Assembly (NCBI GenBank): GCA_012295275.1
Contig: CM022679.1
Coordinates: forward strand, 26,722,001-26,786,000
Direction of reading: 5' to 3'
DNA length: 64,000 nucleotides
DNA from: Chrysomallon squamiferum
Taxonomy: Eukaryota > Animalia > Mollusca
A program made the position numbers and the translations under genes. Positions 1-29,639 of this stretch are shown piece after piece (the stretch's first letter is position 1; each line of letters starts with the position of its first letter). Below the pieces are notes generated by a model. It was not told where the DNA came from and did no database searches. It saw only the letters and a list, made by a program, of their open reading frames with translations.

Positions 1-80
1 ATATGGCATAGATTAAATAAAATAATTATTCTGGGTTTTTTCACTTCAAGAATTTTATAGCTGTCTGTCTATGTGTTGAA
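1..80 (+). repeat. Dispersed repeat fragment, copy 1 (possible transposon remnant)
   Basis: ATTAAATAAAATAATT(A/G)TTCTGGGTTTTT...TTCAAGAATTTT(A/C)TAGCT(G/A)TCTGTCTATGTGTTGA recurs at about 9500-9580 in the same orientation. Confidence 0.7.
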
Positions 81-271
81 TAGTTTCTTGATGAATTCTT
101 GATAAAAATGCATACAACCAAACCCCATTCCCAGGTAATAATAATATGTAATCAGACGGATTTGATCGTATTGCAATAAGTTAATAAGTTTCAGTTAATT
201 ATTCAGTTAGTGTACTGAATTGGCTGATTTGTTGCCAACACGTGTATATGTGATCTTTCGTTCTGTTGCAG

Positions 272-14394
<14,123 letters not shown>

Positions 14395-14528
14395 GTGTTT
14401 AGCTGCTTATCTGGGTTTTCTTCTCTTTTTTTTTTTCTTTTTTTTTTTGGTTGATCGTGTTTAGTGACCAACATTGCCGTTTGTTTGTTTGTTTGTTTGT
14501 TTGTTGTTGGGTTTTTTTGGTATTATTA

Positions 14529-14594
<66 letters not shown>

Positions 14595-15319
14595 TTATAT
14601 ATTGTTTTTATTATTATTATTGTTATTATTATTATATATTGTTTTTATTATTATTATATATTGTTTTTATATTATTATTATTACTATTATTATTATTGTT
14701 GTTATTATTATTATTATCATTATTATTATTAATAGAAAATATGCGTTTTCTTTCTTTCTTTTATGTGTTTGTACAAAAAAAAAACTGTTGTAAATAAAGC
14801 TAGTACTGAAAAATCATTCTTTTTTATAAAAAAAAGAAAAAACAAATTTGAGTCAATTTTTAATTATAATCTAATCTGCTGTTTTATTTGTTTGTTTGTT
14901 TGTTTGTTTTAATGTTTATAGCTACTTCACTGAAGAAAGTATGTGAAGCATTGATTATACTAACATTCACATTAATTAAAACATCATTTAATGTCTGATT
15001 CTTGTTGTCATATTGTTTTCCTGACTACATATCCAATAAAAGCAATGACTTCTTTTCTTTTTCTTTTCTCTTCTTTTTTCGCATTTATACAAAAAAAAAA
15101 ATAATAAAAAAAAAAAAATCAACAACAAACAACAACAATAAATAATTTTAAAAAATGGTTGCTTGTAATAGAGATGTAGAAATGCTGAAATCATTTCACT
15201 TTTAATTTCTAGAATCGGTATTTAGGACGAAGTTGTTTTCCAGTCAAAGTTATTGGTTTATTTAAGTTGAGAACAGAAATAAGTATTTTGTGAGCGTGTT
15301 CTTGTGAGATAGAGAAGGC

Positions 15320-15419
<100 letters not shown>

Positions 15420-16110
15420 GTATATTTATATCAGATATGTTACCATGTACCGTGTCTGAAAATATTTCTTAGTTGCTGCTTCTTTTTTTTTTTTATGTTA
15501 TTGTCAAGACTCCTGTTACCATTTTAACTAGTTTCATGAATAATTGCAATGGTGTTTCAACATTTGTTAACTGTAAATAATTATCCGAATAAAGTATACA
15601 ATCTTTATGTTATTGTTGATCCTGGTTTGTGCTCTTTGGACACAGTTTCGGTGGTGTAGATGAATTACTGCGCACAGGAGAGCAGCTAATCTTGTTTGGT
15701 TTGTTTCCATCAGCGCAGAACGCTAATTTACAACAATGAGACGCGATTTCGTGAACAAATAAATACACGTTTTTAACCAATACATTTTTAAACTGAAGAG
15801 GAGCCTATACAAATACAAGCTGGCTAGTAATAATAATAATGGTCATAATAATAATAATGCTATGATAATGGTTATAGCAATAGTAATATCAATAATAATG
15901 GATACAGTAATAGTAGTAGTAATAATAATAATAATAAATGTAGTTGTAGCAGTAGTAGCACTAGTAGTAGTAGTAGTAGTAGTAGAAGGAATAGTAGTAG
16001 TAGCTTTAGTAGCAGTAGTTCTAATATTAATAGTAATAATAATAACAGTAATAAAAACAGCAATAACAACAACACTAATAATATTAATAATAAATCTTTT
16101 TAGATGTAAA

Positions 16111-16145
<35 letters not shown>

Positions 16146-16801
16146 TATTATTATGTATTATTATTACAATTACTACTACTACTACTACTACTACCACTAC
16201 TACTACTATCACTACTACTAATGCTACTACTACCATTATCATCATCATCATCATCGTCGTCATTCGAAATATATGAAACGATTTATATTATATTCCTTCC
16301 CATAAACAGCATGTGTCCCTTTAATTTGTCGTATCTAAAACATTTTTATATTGTCAGAAATTAAATTTCTAAAACGTAAATTAAAACTATGACTGGATTT
16401 TGCATGTAGAATATTTTTACACTATCAGAACTTGTATCTGTGGCTGTGACATGAATGAACTATTACGATTTCGCTAACAGTCTTCATTTATTATTTTTGC
16501 ATTAAGCCAGAAATAATGTTTCGTGACTGTATTCAAAAGGTTTATGAGAATGGAATTTTCACAATTATATCTAAGTGGTCCTTTGGGTAATAGGTTCACT
16601 TAGTGTGTGTGATATATATATTTGTGCATAAGTACATACATACAGAAAGGCAGGTAGACAGATGTATAGATAGATAGACAGACAGACAGACAGATAGATA
16701 TACAGAGAGACAGATAGATAGATAGACAGACATATAGACAGACAGACAGACAGATAGATAGATAGTTAGATATATAGACAGACAGACAAACAGACAGACA
16801 T

Positions 16802-16852
<51 letters not shown>

Positions 16853-19185
16853 TAGAGGTAGACAGAGATTGACAGATAGATAGGTAGATTATAGATGGAT
16901 AGGTAGATATACAAAGATCTCAAAGTGTATATTATTCTACATCAATCAGATCCAGAAAATACAGGTAACCTTAACAACTGAACGCTAAAAAAACACACAC
17001 AAAAAAAAACCTCTGATGTATTCGTTAATGGTTTAACAGTACTGTAATAAAGTAGCGAGTTTGAGTAAACGTTATCCGAGAGATAGAAACCCAAGCGATG
17101 TAATGTACAGTACGTTTATTCTGTGTCATCGATTTTTACCTTTTGATAAAGTGATGCGACTGTTAATGAAACGCTCTGGTGGCATTCAGCTATGAACACT
17201 CCCAGCATTACCTGATAATTCCCAACCCCGCCTGGTTCTTCAGTAGCAGAACTTTCGCTGAAACCAAAGCCAGATAGTAAAGGTAGGCTGGTATAAGAAT
17301 CTTTTATTTAAGTCTCTGTCTGCATGTGTGACAAGCTATCTATTGTCCGTATGTGTCCTTACGTCTGTATATTTGTTGTTGTTGTTTTTTTTTTTTTTTT
17401 AGCCTTTCTGTGAATTTTTCATTTAAGTCAAAGGATCGTGTACATGAAATAAATATAAAATGATTTTTTTTTTTTTTTAAAAAGAGGAAAAAATAGACGC
17501 ATTTGTAATATTCATTTTGTTGTGCGATGAATGTTAGTACTAAATAACTGAGTTCTAAATAGATCTCTCTCTTTCTCTTAGTGTGTATATATATATATAT
17601 ATATATATTTATGTCTGTCTATTTTTTTGTCTGTCTCTTTCTCTTTCTATCTATCTAATCTCTGAACTATGTGTGTGTGTATGTGTATATATATATATAT
17701 ATATATCAGTCTCTCTTTTATAAATGTCTGTTTGTCTTTTCGTTTTGGCAACTGTATTAGCTTTTTGTTGTTGTTCTTTTTGCTTTGGGTCTTTTTGGTT
17801 GTTGCTCTTTTGTTTTCTGCTTTGTTTGTATTTATTTATTTATTTATTTATTACCAGTATATTATTATCCTATGTTCTAACAATCTTAGTTCAAAACAAC
17901 AGACCAACAACGGTTCCGAAGAAGCCTAATTATTCTAAACCCTAAATAAACTAAGTTCGCCCACAAAATCCTAACCAGTCTTTTCTTTTACTCGGTGGCG
18001 TATCCTGTTGGCGACATTTGATTCAATTACTGGAAGAAAACGGTAGTTGACGGTAAATTACGTGCCCATCCAAACAGCAGGCTGTCTGACCCACTTCTGA
18101 CGAGACTCTTTCATCCTGCAAGTTTTCGTGTGGTTCCAGCAATCAGCGGCAAAAACTTTCGTTTAAAATAGAATTTATAGCGACTGATGGCTGCTTGGGT
18201 TAATGTAGTCTGTCACAATGCGATAGGAATTTATTATTATTATTATTGTTGTTGTTGTAGTTGTTATTGTTGTTGTTGTTGTTGTTGTTGTTGTTACTGT
18301 TGTTGTTGTTATTATTATGTTAAATGTATTTATTGAAACTGGTAAGTATAGAAAATATATACATACATACATACACATAAACATGCATACATACATACAT
18401 ACATATAAACAAACATACATACATAAATACATACATACATAAATACATACATACATACATACATACATACATACACACATACATATATACATACATACAT
18501 ACATACATACATACATACATACATAATATATATATACATACATACATACATAGATACATACATACATACATACATACAAGCATGCAATATTAACACTGTT
18601 TATAACACTGTTTTATCCTGGAAATTGTGGATTGTGTTACTTCGGTTGGAACGATTTTTATTACCAAAGTATCCTGTAATTAATTAATGTGACAGAGCTA
18701 AAAACGGAAGTCTAAATATTAAGGTCATTCATAGTCTAGTGGGTTTCACATAGAACTGCTTATCTTGTGGAGTGTTTGTGTTTTTTTCAACTTTTTCTGC
18801 TTTTTCGAACATCTTTTTTTATTTTTATTTGTTTCTTTGTTTCTTTGTTTATTTATTTGTTTGTTTTTTTGTTTGTTTGTTTGTTTGTATGTGTGTTTGC
18901 TTGATTGCTTGCGTGTTTATTCATGTGTTTCCGTGTTTATTTATTTAGTTTGTTGTAAAATGTTTGGTTGTGTTTATTTGTGTATTTATTTATGTATTTA
19001 TTTACTTTTTTATTTACTTTTTTTTTTTTTTTTTTTTTTTTGGTTTGCTTATTTGTTTGTTTGTTTGTTTGTTTGGTTGGTTAATTATTATTTTCGTATA
19101 CTATTTTTTTTTTCTTGTTTGGTTCGTTGGTTTGTTTATTTATTTATTTATTTATTAGTTACAGAAACGAGCACAGTAACACTTG

Positions 19186-21219
19186 ATGGAAGTCATTCTG
19201 ATGTTCACACTGTTTGGTGTTACGACAGTAAAAGGACAGCCACACTTTACCAGTCTACCAGAGCGCATTCCTTTCTTTGTCTCTCACTGCAACGTCTACT
19301 GCAACGGCACAGTCAAGAAGTACATCAGGGACAACTACAAAATGACGCCGTCGTGCATGGACTGTAACTGTGACAAGAACTGCGACATCTACGGAAACTG
19401 CTGTCCGGACATTTTCGGCAACATTCGTTCTCTGAAGAACAACGCGGTCCGATGCGTGGCGACCCACGCGAAGAATGACGAAACGATGTACGACAATCTG
19501 GGCCACTTCGTGATTTCTGCCTGTCCCAAGTCGTGCGACAGTCCCAACAAACCACGAACGCAGCAGAACAAGAATCGCAACATCAACCCCGTCACCTCTC
19601 TTGTGAGCCACGTGGTCTTCAAAAATGCCCGGATAGCGCTATGCAACAACCAGCTCTCGTTCACCGGGTGGAAAAAGCAGGTCGTCTGCAACAACGCCAG
19701 TTTTACGAACGCGAGCAAAAACTCGACGGAAACACCCGATCTTTCCGCGTGCTCGGAGTCCTACCAGCCGCCTGCGACCATAACGAGCAGCCTCAGAAAG
19801 TGCGACGTCCTCATCAACGCGGACAACGTCGTCTCGGATTGCAACGTGACGGGAAAATGGCCTCACTACGACGACGTCATCGCTTACAACTGCAAATACC
19901 TCAACTTCCCCGTCAGCGACAGCAGTGGACATTATCGCAATATATACTGTTACATGTGCAACGGTTTCAGTGTGACTAACGGTGACTATTTTCAGATCAC
20001 GCCCAAGTTCACGCACTCTGCTTACGACATTCTCACTTGCACGAGATGTGATCAGAATCCAGTCTCGTGCTCCACGGATCAGTGGTACGATCCAGTCAGG
20101 GTCAGCATGTTTCTGTTTTATTTCTTAAATTCGCTTTAATTCTATTTTATTTTATTTTATTTTTATTTTATTTTATGTTATTTTATGTTTTTAATTTTTT
20201 ATTTTTTATTTTTTTATTTTTTTATTTTTTTTGTATATATATATATATATATATATTATTATTATTTTTTTTTTTTCATAAATTAATTTTTTCCTCATAA
20301 AGTATGTTTTAACTGGGTTTCTTATCTTCTGTTCTTTCTTTCTGTTATTATATTCAAACATTCTTTATTCTTCCATCATTCATTCATCATTACATCATTC
20401 TTATTACATTTAATCATTCTCTCATTCTTTCATCATTAATTGCATTCAGTCTTCCATTTGTTCTTTCATCATTCTTTTTTATTACATTCACTCGTTTTTT
20501 CATTCTTTCATCATTAATTCAATTATTGCATCAGTCTTTCATTTATCCTTTCAACCTTCTTTATTACATTCACTCGTTCTTTCATTCTTTCATCATTCAA
20601 TCAATTATTACATTCACTCGTTCTTTCATTCTTTCATCATTCAATCAATTATTACATTCAGTCTTTCTCTCATTCTTTCATCATTCATTCAATTATTGCA
20701 TTCACTCGTTCTTTCATTATTTTATAACATTCAGTCGATGTTTTTTTTTTTTTTTTTTTTTTTTTCGTTTTTAATCCATTATTCATTCAGTAATTAATGC
20801 ATTTAATCATTCCGTTTTTCAATACGTCGACGTTCGTTCGTCTGCGCGTACAGTCTGTTCACTTGCATATCTCACTCGCTGGCTGAACCTGCACGAGCGC
20901 GAGCACTCATTCTAAACTGCACGTGCTGCTTGCTGTGCGCTAACTGTGACGTGTTTGTAAGGGATGCATAGTCAAAGCGTGGTTTTAATTTCGAATTAGC
21001 GGCAGGATATTACACCGATAAAAATACCAAACAACAACCAAAATGTCACCCGATGTATTAAACATCGTGGCAACCGTAAAACGTATCAGCGGGGCGATTC
21101 TTTGTAACAGTTGATGGATATTTAACATGAGAAAGCGGGGATTCGTAAATGTTCAGGATTTCCCATCACTAATATTTAATTGTTGTAAAACATCGGGTGA
21201 ATATATTTGACGAAGTATG

Positions 21220-21283
<64 letters not shown>

Positions 21284-23518
21284 CATATAATGTGAAAGAT
21301 TGACGGAGATGATGTGAAAAGTAATTGTGAAAACGTGTTAGTTTATTTTCATGCTAATAGTATTCTTTTTCATTATTCTTATTATTTATGTGGGGTTTTT
21401 TTATTTTTTTTTTTTTTTTTTTTTTTTCTTCTTTTTTTTATGTTTTTTTTTTTTTTTTTTTTATATCGGTGAGAGATATGCATTTATATTGAACATTTTT
21501 TTCGTTTGTAATGACAATAATTTATTTCAGTTTAAATGGTATTCAATCATTTTTATTCAGCTTTCTCCTTTTTCTTTTTTTTTTCTTTATAATCATCGTC
21601 ATCATCAACATTACATTTCCATTTATTTGAATTCGTTTTATTTTATATAATGAGAGTTAGTACAAAAGAACATGCTGATTATTACCATACAACAGCAACA
21701 ACAAGAGCAGTAATAATAATACACAGTTGTTGTTTTTTTGTTGTTTTTTACCATTTACAGTTACTATCACTATTCTTAACTACTATCATTACTATTACTA
21801 TTACTACAATTACTTCTACTACTACACTATTACTACAATTACTACAGCCACCACTACTACCAGTTTACACCTTTTCTGAAACTATAATTATGACTACTTC
21901 TCTTCCTTGTTTTCAGAAAATCTGTCGAAACATCTACTGTGGCGAGGGTAAAATACTGAAAGAGGGCAAATGCGAGTTGATAAACCTGCCGAGCAACGTC
22001 ACGGGATACAGCTACGACGCCATGATTGTGTTCGAGAAGGAAACCTACCCGTCCACCATATGTGACGAATTTATGTCGGCAATAGCCGAAGAGTGGGCGC
22101 GATTTCTGACCCGCCTGCACGTGCACCAGTACGCCATGGTCTTCGAAGAGCTCAGTCCCAACAGTTACGTCTCCAAGCCGAAGGGGCAAGCTCTGAGCAT
22201 GCTTCTTCAGTTCAAAACTCGATCGAGCACTCGGAGACGGTCTTTTGAGAGCGGTCTCAACGACGGGCTGAGACGTCAGTGGAACATAACGTTCAACGGC
22301 ACTCAGTTTCGTTTCTCCATGTCAGATTTTGCGCGCTACCAGTACGACATAGACTACACCAAGACCTTCATATCGCACTCGGAGAACGGAACGTGCTGCC
22401 ACACCATTCCGGGAATCGCGAACCTGACGGATTTTTCGCACGGTTCTGGATTTCTCATCGACATCACCAAAGTGTATTTTTGTCCTTCCGTGAAGCTGAA
22501 CGTCACCGACTTCGACTGGACCGACGACGGCACGGTGAAGCTGAATTACGCCGACGTGAGACTCTCCGACGGCAACTTCTCCTACCACCAGAAGTACGAG
22601 GTGCTCGTTTGTATCGAGCACCTCCAGCAGCTGTACGCGCCTCTGTTAGAAATGAGCATCTTCTACGTCGCCAAGAAACACATCTCGCTCATCTGCACGC
22701 TGATGTCCATGATTTGTTTGACCCTGACCTTTCTGACCTTTTGTACGTTCCCGTCCCTGAGGACGAACGCGTCGGTCAACACGATCCACCTCGTGGTGTT
22801 CCTCTTTCTCGCTCAGGGGTTTCTGCAATTCGGTCTGACGGCCACCGACAACGACGTCGTCTGCAAAGCAATTGGAATTCTTATTCATTACTTCTGGCTC
22901 TCCGCTCTCTTCTGGATGAACGTTTGCTCCTTCCACATGTTCAGCGTCTTCGTCCTGGACGCCTCGAAGCCCATCACGACCGCCTCCCACAAAACTCGTC
23001 TCATGAAGTACAGAATTTACGCCAACGGAACGTCGGCTGGGATCGTGGCATCTACGTTCGTTTTCAGTCTGCTGCACTCCAGAGGCACCCAGATCGGCTA
23101 CGGCAACGGCCGGTGCTATCTCTCGTCGTACCTTCACGTGGCACTGGCGTTAACGTTCCCGCTGGCCGTGGTCGTAACAACGAACATACTGTTTTTCGCT
23201 TCCAGCGTCTACACCATCTCCAAGATCAGCAGACTGGGCGGAAACGTGGCCGGCGGAAGAGAAAACATCGTCATTTACGGAAAGCTCTCCGTGTTTACGG
23301 GAATGTTCTGGATTTTTGCCCTGATTTCCGAGGTCTTCAACGAGGGGCGCAACGTTTTGTCGCTGCTGTCCATCATCCTGAACGGCACTCAGGGAGTGTT
23401 TATTTTTCTGTCCTACACCGCCAACCGTCGGGTTTTCGAGCTCTGGAGGTGGAAGTGCACCACTGTGAGACTGCCGATCAGAAACCAGTCGCGAACGACT
23501 TTAAACACCACCTTATAA
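19186..23518 (+). CDS. Family-B/Methuselah-like 7TM GPCR with Cys-rich, somatomedin-B-like ectodomain (paralog 1)
   Basis: Coding exons 19186-20100 (ends GTCAGG|gtcagc) and 21917-23518 (tttcag|AAAATC), phase 0. Signal-peptide-like MEVILMFTLFGVTTVKG; SMB-like CNCDKNCDIYGNCCPD; CNVTGKW...YRNIYCYMCNG; 7TM motifs CKAIGILIHYFWLSALFWMNVCSFHM, GYGNGRCYL, LSVFTGMFWIF and ILNGTQGVFIF. Confidence 0.9.
20360..20735. repeat. Degenerate TCAT/TTCA-rich tandem repeat in the GPCR1 intron
   Basis: Recurring TTCTTTCATCATTCAATCAATTATTACATTCACTCG-like units. Confidence 0.7.
21046..21200. mobile_element. Possible small non-autonomous DNA element with inverted ends
   Basis: TCACCCGATGT (21046-21056) and its exact reverse complement ACATCGGGTGA (21190-21200), with further imperfect internal matches. 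Lies in a CpG-rich intronic patch. Confidence 0.4.
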
Positions 23519-24273
23519 CACGCGTCCTTTTTGTTGAATGATGCTGATGATGACGATGTTAATTATAATCATTAAATGATGATGATGATGATGGTGATGA
23601 TGAAGATAATTGATTCATTTTTCATTTTTTGAAACAAATGAGTTTTAATCGTATTAGAACTAGTGCCTCTTCTATTACTTTTACAGTCAATAGCACTACT
23701 ACTACTACTACTGTTATTACTACTATTATTACTACAATTACTATTACCACACTACTAATACAATACTATCTACACTATGTCATATTACTATTACGACTAT
23801 CACTACAGTTACTATCTACCACTACTACTGATACTACTATTACTATTACTGCTACTCCTATTGCTACTGCTATTACTACTATTACTTCTACTACTACACT
23901 AATACTACTACTATTACTATACTATAATACTATTATTACTACTACTGCTACTACTACTACTACTACGACTATCACTACAGATACTCTGCTTCGGATTCCA
24001 CTATTACTACTACTACTACTACTACTACTACTATCTCATTATCACTATATTTATAAATATATTTATCTATTTCCAAGAACATGTATATTTTATATTTGTT
24101 GATTTATGTGGGTATGTACGTCATACAAGAAAGAAACTTTGATAGTTTTTTAGTTTTGAATTTAATTTTTACGTAATGTAAAAGCAAAAGTATTCAATAT
24201 TTGTATGTTCCTAACAGGGTTTTACTTCGTGTATAATTGTTTAATAATAATATTAATAATAATAATAATAACA

Positions 24274-24309
<36 letters not shown>

Positions 24310-24413
24310 GTGATAATGAATAAATCTTAGAACAATAATTTTCTAACTTTTTTTATTACATATTAATAATTATCGTTGGTAGTATTATTGTGTTGTTGTT
24401 ACTGTTGTTGTCG

Positions 24414-24454
<41 letters not shown>

Positions 24455-25144
24455 AACTAAACAAAGTACCTATGATGCTAATCATCACGTGATCATGTAA
24501 CAGAAGAATGACGTCATTTTGAAGGTAAGGTAATGAAGGTACATCTATAACAAGCATTTCGCTTATTTTTTTATTCATTCATTCATTTTGAATATAAAAA
24601 GTTTTTTTGTTCCTAAACGATTCAACTGACTGATCGATCGTATTGCTATCCCGGTATTAGTCTGATCCTTTTCAACTTATATAATCACTGGCAAAATATA
24701 AAGTACTGAAATGCTTGCAACTATACGTATACTTATTTTTATTGCAAACTGAATATCAACTGCCTTTGGTTAGTTGAAAAAGGCCACGGTAATCAGAGAA
24801 AATCCGCCTGTTCTGTCACGTTTTCTCGAAAAAATAAAATAAATAAATAAATAAAAAATAAAATAAATAATTACCAAAAGAATGAAACGTTTAATACAAA
24901 TGTTCATCGTACGCAATACTGATAGATAAAATGTAATCGTTAGTCAGCATTTCACCTTTAGCAATCAAAGACAAATCACGTTATTCGTAGTAATGGGTTA
25001 TTGTGTTGTTGATAGAAAACTCATCAACAGTTAAATGAGTCTGATTGGATGATGTAACCACTTGAGCGAAGCCCGCTGGTGCAATAAGAGATGATTCTGA
25101 TGTAATAAACGGAAAATTTATTTTTATTGTTGATATTGTTGTTG

Positions 25145-25182
<38 letters not shown>

Positions 25183-25712
25183 GTTATTGTTATTGTTGTT
25201 GTTATTATTATTGTTGTTATTGTATTATTATTATTATTATTACTATTATGTACGTTTGTATATATCTGCTTACGTAATGAATATATAATCAAATATACAT
25301 ACATACATACATATATACTATCCCTGTACACACACATACGCACACACTCAAACATTCGCATACATTCATATACGCACATTATATAAATAAATAAACATAA
25401 ATGTATACACACACACACATCTACATATATATATATACATACATGCATACACACATATACACTGCTTACACATACTCACGCATATTAATGTTAGTGTCTG
25501 TAATAATCAATCTATTAAATTTTTTCCGTCTGTTTGTCTGTCTGTTTATATGTACGGCTGTAAGCCAACGATGAATAACTCAACCGATTAATCAGTCACG
25601 CGAATTAACTGATATCTTCATCAGAACACAAAATAGATAATGAAGTCAAACAGCCTATCCAGAATATCTCTTCTTTTTTTTGTTAAGCATTTTTATTTAT
25701 TTTTTTTTATTT

Positions 25713-25755
<43 letters not shown>

Positions 25756-26361
25756 CATATTTGTTTGTTTGTTTGTTTGTTTGTTTAATAATAATATCTG
25801 CAGTCATAGGGATGCCACTTATTTTGTGTCTGTAACTTTGTTTATTGTTTTTTTTTTTTTATTGTTTTGATTTGGTTTTTATTTATTTATTTATTTATTT
25901 GTTTATGTTTTTTTTTTTTGGGGGGGGGTCTTTTTTTTTTTTTTCCCCGGTTCTGACCAGGGTTGGGAACAACTGCAGTACTCCAATGATTATCTCCCTT
26001 CATTTAGAAATTTCCGGTTCCGAAATAATGTCTTTATCGCACAGCTTTAATACATAAGTCAGCATCTGTCTATTTCTCTGTCTGTCTGTACGAGTGTATG
26101 TTTTCTTTTCCATCCATTCATATCTAAATATAAGTCACTCTAACTTCATCCATCCATCCATCCATCTATCTATTTATCTGTCTATCAATCAATCTATCTG
26201 TCTGTCTGTCTGTCTGTTGTCTGTCTATATATCTATCTATGTGTCCAACTATCTATCTATCTATCTATCTATCTATCGATCTATCTATATCTATTTCTAT
26301 CTATCTATTTTTCTGTACATGTTGTGTTTGTGTGTGTGTGTATATATATATATATACACAC

Positions 26362-26409
<48 letters not shown>

Positions 26410-26643
26410 CTTTATTTATAATTATGTTCAACAAACACGATTTCACGATATTTCATTGCTGGATTTATATGAAAACAATAACAACATTATCATGTAGTTT
26501 TAGTATCTTGTGTTTCAAATAATCTGAGTCTAATTCACAGTAATTGCCACAGCGCCTGTTATTGTACTGTTTGTCCTGTTTACTGTTAGCGTTTGGAGAC
26601 GTAGATAAATATCAAATCCACGCCTACTGATAGATGTATATCA

Positions 26644-26754
<111 letters not shown>

Positions 26755-27527
26755 GCTTGCTATTCTCTTTGTATCACTGTTTCTCTCATTGTTTTTCTCT
26801 GTCTGTCTGTCTATCTATCGATCTATCTCTATAATCTGTCTGACTCTCTCTTTCTCTCATTCACTTTCCCTTTCGCATTCCCTTTCCTTTTTTGTTTCCG
26901 TACATCCCTCTTTTTTTCCGTTTACCTCTAAAAGTCAGTCTTTCTCTACCACATACGTCTATTAAGTAACTACCCAAGGATACCTGTGATGGGCATAATC
27001 TCTGAATCTAGCAAAATAATTCTTAAACAAATACTAGACCATTTTGAGTTACAGTTCAAATCTTTTCTTTCTCGTTAATCATTATTCATGATGATCGTCA
27101 GATAATTGTTAATAACGGCGATACACACTAACGACATTTAATTAGAGTCAGAACAGAAGGTTATTTAAAATAAACGACTGTCCGTTTCTGTGGGCTGTTA
27201 CACTTATTTTCTGTACAAGCCCAGAACAACATGTTAAGTAGTGTCAACGTATTTACAACGTACGTTTTACACAGATAAGAAAAATAAGCACAAGCTTTGT
27301 TTGTTTGCAATTAAAATTTAAATTAGGTTTTTGTTATATGTTTTAATAAGTTCGAGTGTTGATTAAATTTTGAAACAGTTCTTTTGTGACTTTCGGTAAA
27401 CCTGATTTTCGTTTTATTTTTTATTTAAAATACAAAAAACAAAAATAGAAAAATAATAAATAAAAATACAGATACATACGCACGCAAACACACACACATA
27501 GACACATACACACACACACACATATAT

Positions 27528-27611
<84 letters not shown>

Positions 27612-28346
27612 TCAATTTGACATTTAAAATCTACTTTAGCGTCGTACAATTATCTCCCCTGCTGACATTTACAGATAATAGCGTCTAGGATAACCAAATA
27701 GGTTTATGAGTCGGGGTATTTTATATTTCAACATCGCCAGTGCGTTAGTTGGACAGTGAAGCAGATAAATAGAGATAAAGATTTACCTTATTACTGGTCT
27801 TTAAAGGTATGTTCAAATTTGTTCCAGATTTACGGACTAAAAGTGTGTAACGGGAAGAAATACTTTTTTTTTTTTCTTCTTCCCACTGCGTTTATTCATA
27901 ATTTTATATATTTGTATATTTTCCAAAAGATGAAGCTGTAATTGTTTTGGGGTTTTTTGGGGGTGGTTTTGAGGTTGTTGTACTTTTTTTTTTTTCCTTT
28001 TTTTTTTTTGTTATTGTTTGCGTTCTTTTATCTCCGCTTCCTTGTTTCTTACTTAATCATCATCAACTTAATCTTCTTCTTCTTCTTATCATCATTATCA
28101 TATCATTATTATGTACGTTTATGTTTCATTATGCTCATCTTCATCATTATCATCATCATTATTGTGTTATGTTTTTTTTTTATCATTTTCACCTTCATCA
28201 ATAGTAGTAGTAATAATACTGATGCTGCTGCTACTACTATTACTACTACTGTTATTATTATTGTTCTTCTTCTTCTTCTTATTATTATTATTATTATTTT
28301 ATTATTACTATTATTATTATTACTTACAACAGCGGACGAAGGACAC

Positions 28347-29570
28347 ATGGAGATAGGTGGAGAACAGTTTATTATTGTGGTACTTCTCTGTCTGCAAACG
28401 TTTCGAACGTCATCAAACGTTTTGCCTTTCGACTTACGTGAGTTTTCAGAAGATGTGATCTACCAAAACCAGTCGTCTTTTATCTTCATCTACTGCAACG
28501 TCTACTGCGACGGAGGTGTTAAGAAAACAGTGACGGTGATGAAGTTTAAGCGAAGTCCTCGCTGTATGCACTGTTACTGTGACGAATATTGTGAAGAGTT
28601 CGGAGACTGCTGTCCTGATATCGACGGCAAAATCAAGACGCGTTTACCAGACGACAGCCGCCATATTTGTTTTTGGGACAATGCAGATGTTCACGTAACG
28701 AAAATAAAACTCGGAGTAGCCATGTTGATGACGTGTCCTGATGCTGAAAACAAAACAGGGGCGATAAACGAGGAACAAATGTACAAGTTATCCCCCGTAA
28801 CGTCTACGCTGACGAACTTGAGTTATTACAACGAGTATATAGCTAAATGTAACGGCGAGACGTCTTATGTTTATTGGCACGAAGACGAAGAGACTTATTC
28901 TGGATATGGCAGTGAGTACGAAGCCGGCGACGACAGTGATTTAATTAGTGGCAATTACCAGTTTACGTACGACTCGGAAAACAGCACAAGTCCACGACTG
29001 TGCGATCCTATTGTATATTCTGAATCAGTGGACCAGTGTAATACCACCGGACAATGGTCTTCGCGTGACGAAAACATGGCTTCCCTCTGTCACGACACGT
29101 ATTACCCTGTGCAGTCTGCAGGTGTCGTTTACAGAAATATATTTTGTTATCTGTGCAACGGCCTCCCACTGCAGGTGTTTTCGGAAACAGATAAACTTTC
29201 GTCCAGAGTTTCTATAGTGGCCAACTTTCCAAGAATAACTTTAATAACACGGTTTAAAAAATGGCCACAGAACCCCGCCTATCAACGCTCACCTTGTAAA
29301 AGAAATAAAATATGGGATCCCATAAAGGTGAGACTGAATAAATTTGTTATTACTGAAGTGTATTGTAGTGGTCAATCTTATTTTAGGTTTTGGCTACATA
29401 CAGACAGACAGACAGGCTCATCAGTTAGTTCTTATCATCGTGGTTATTTCTATTGATTTATTATTATTAGTGCTATCATCATCATTATTATTGCTGATAT
29501 TATTATTATGTTATTATTATTATTATCATCATCATCAATATTACTATTATTATTATTATTGTTGTTATTA

Positions 29571-29639
<69 letters not shown>

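Noticed and set aside
21650-21916. N-terminal extension of the 622-aa ORF (likewise 13558-13892 and 27942-28346)
   Set aside because: Intronic trinucleotide repeats that happen to be in frame; the real exons begin at the downstream AG acceptors.
22279-23541. 420-aa alternative-frame ORF and antisense ORFs overlapping GPCR1
   Set aside because: Expected shadow frames of a GC3-rich exon; Arg-rich with no recognisable motif.
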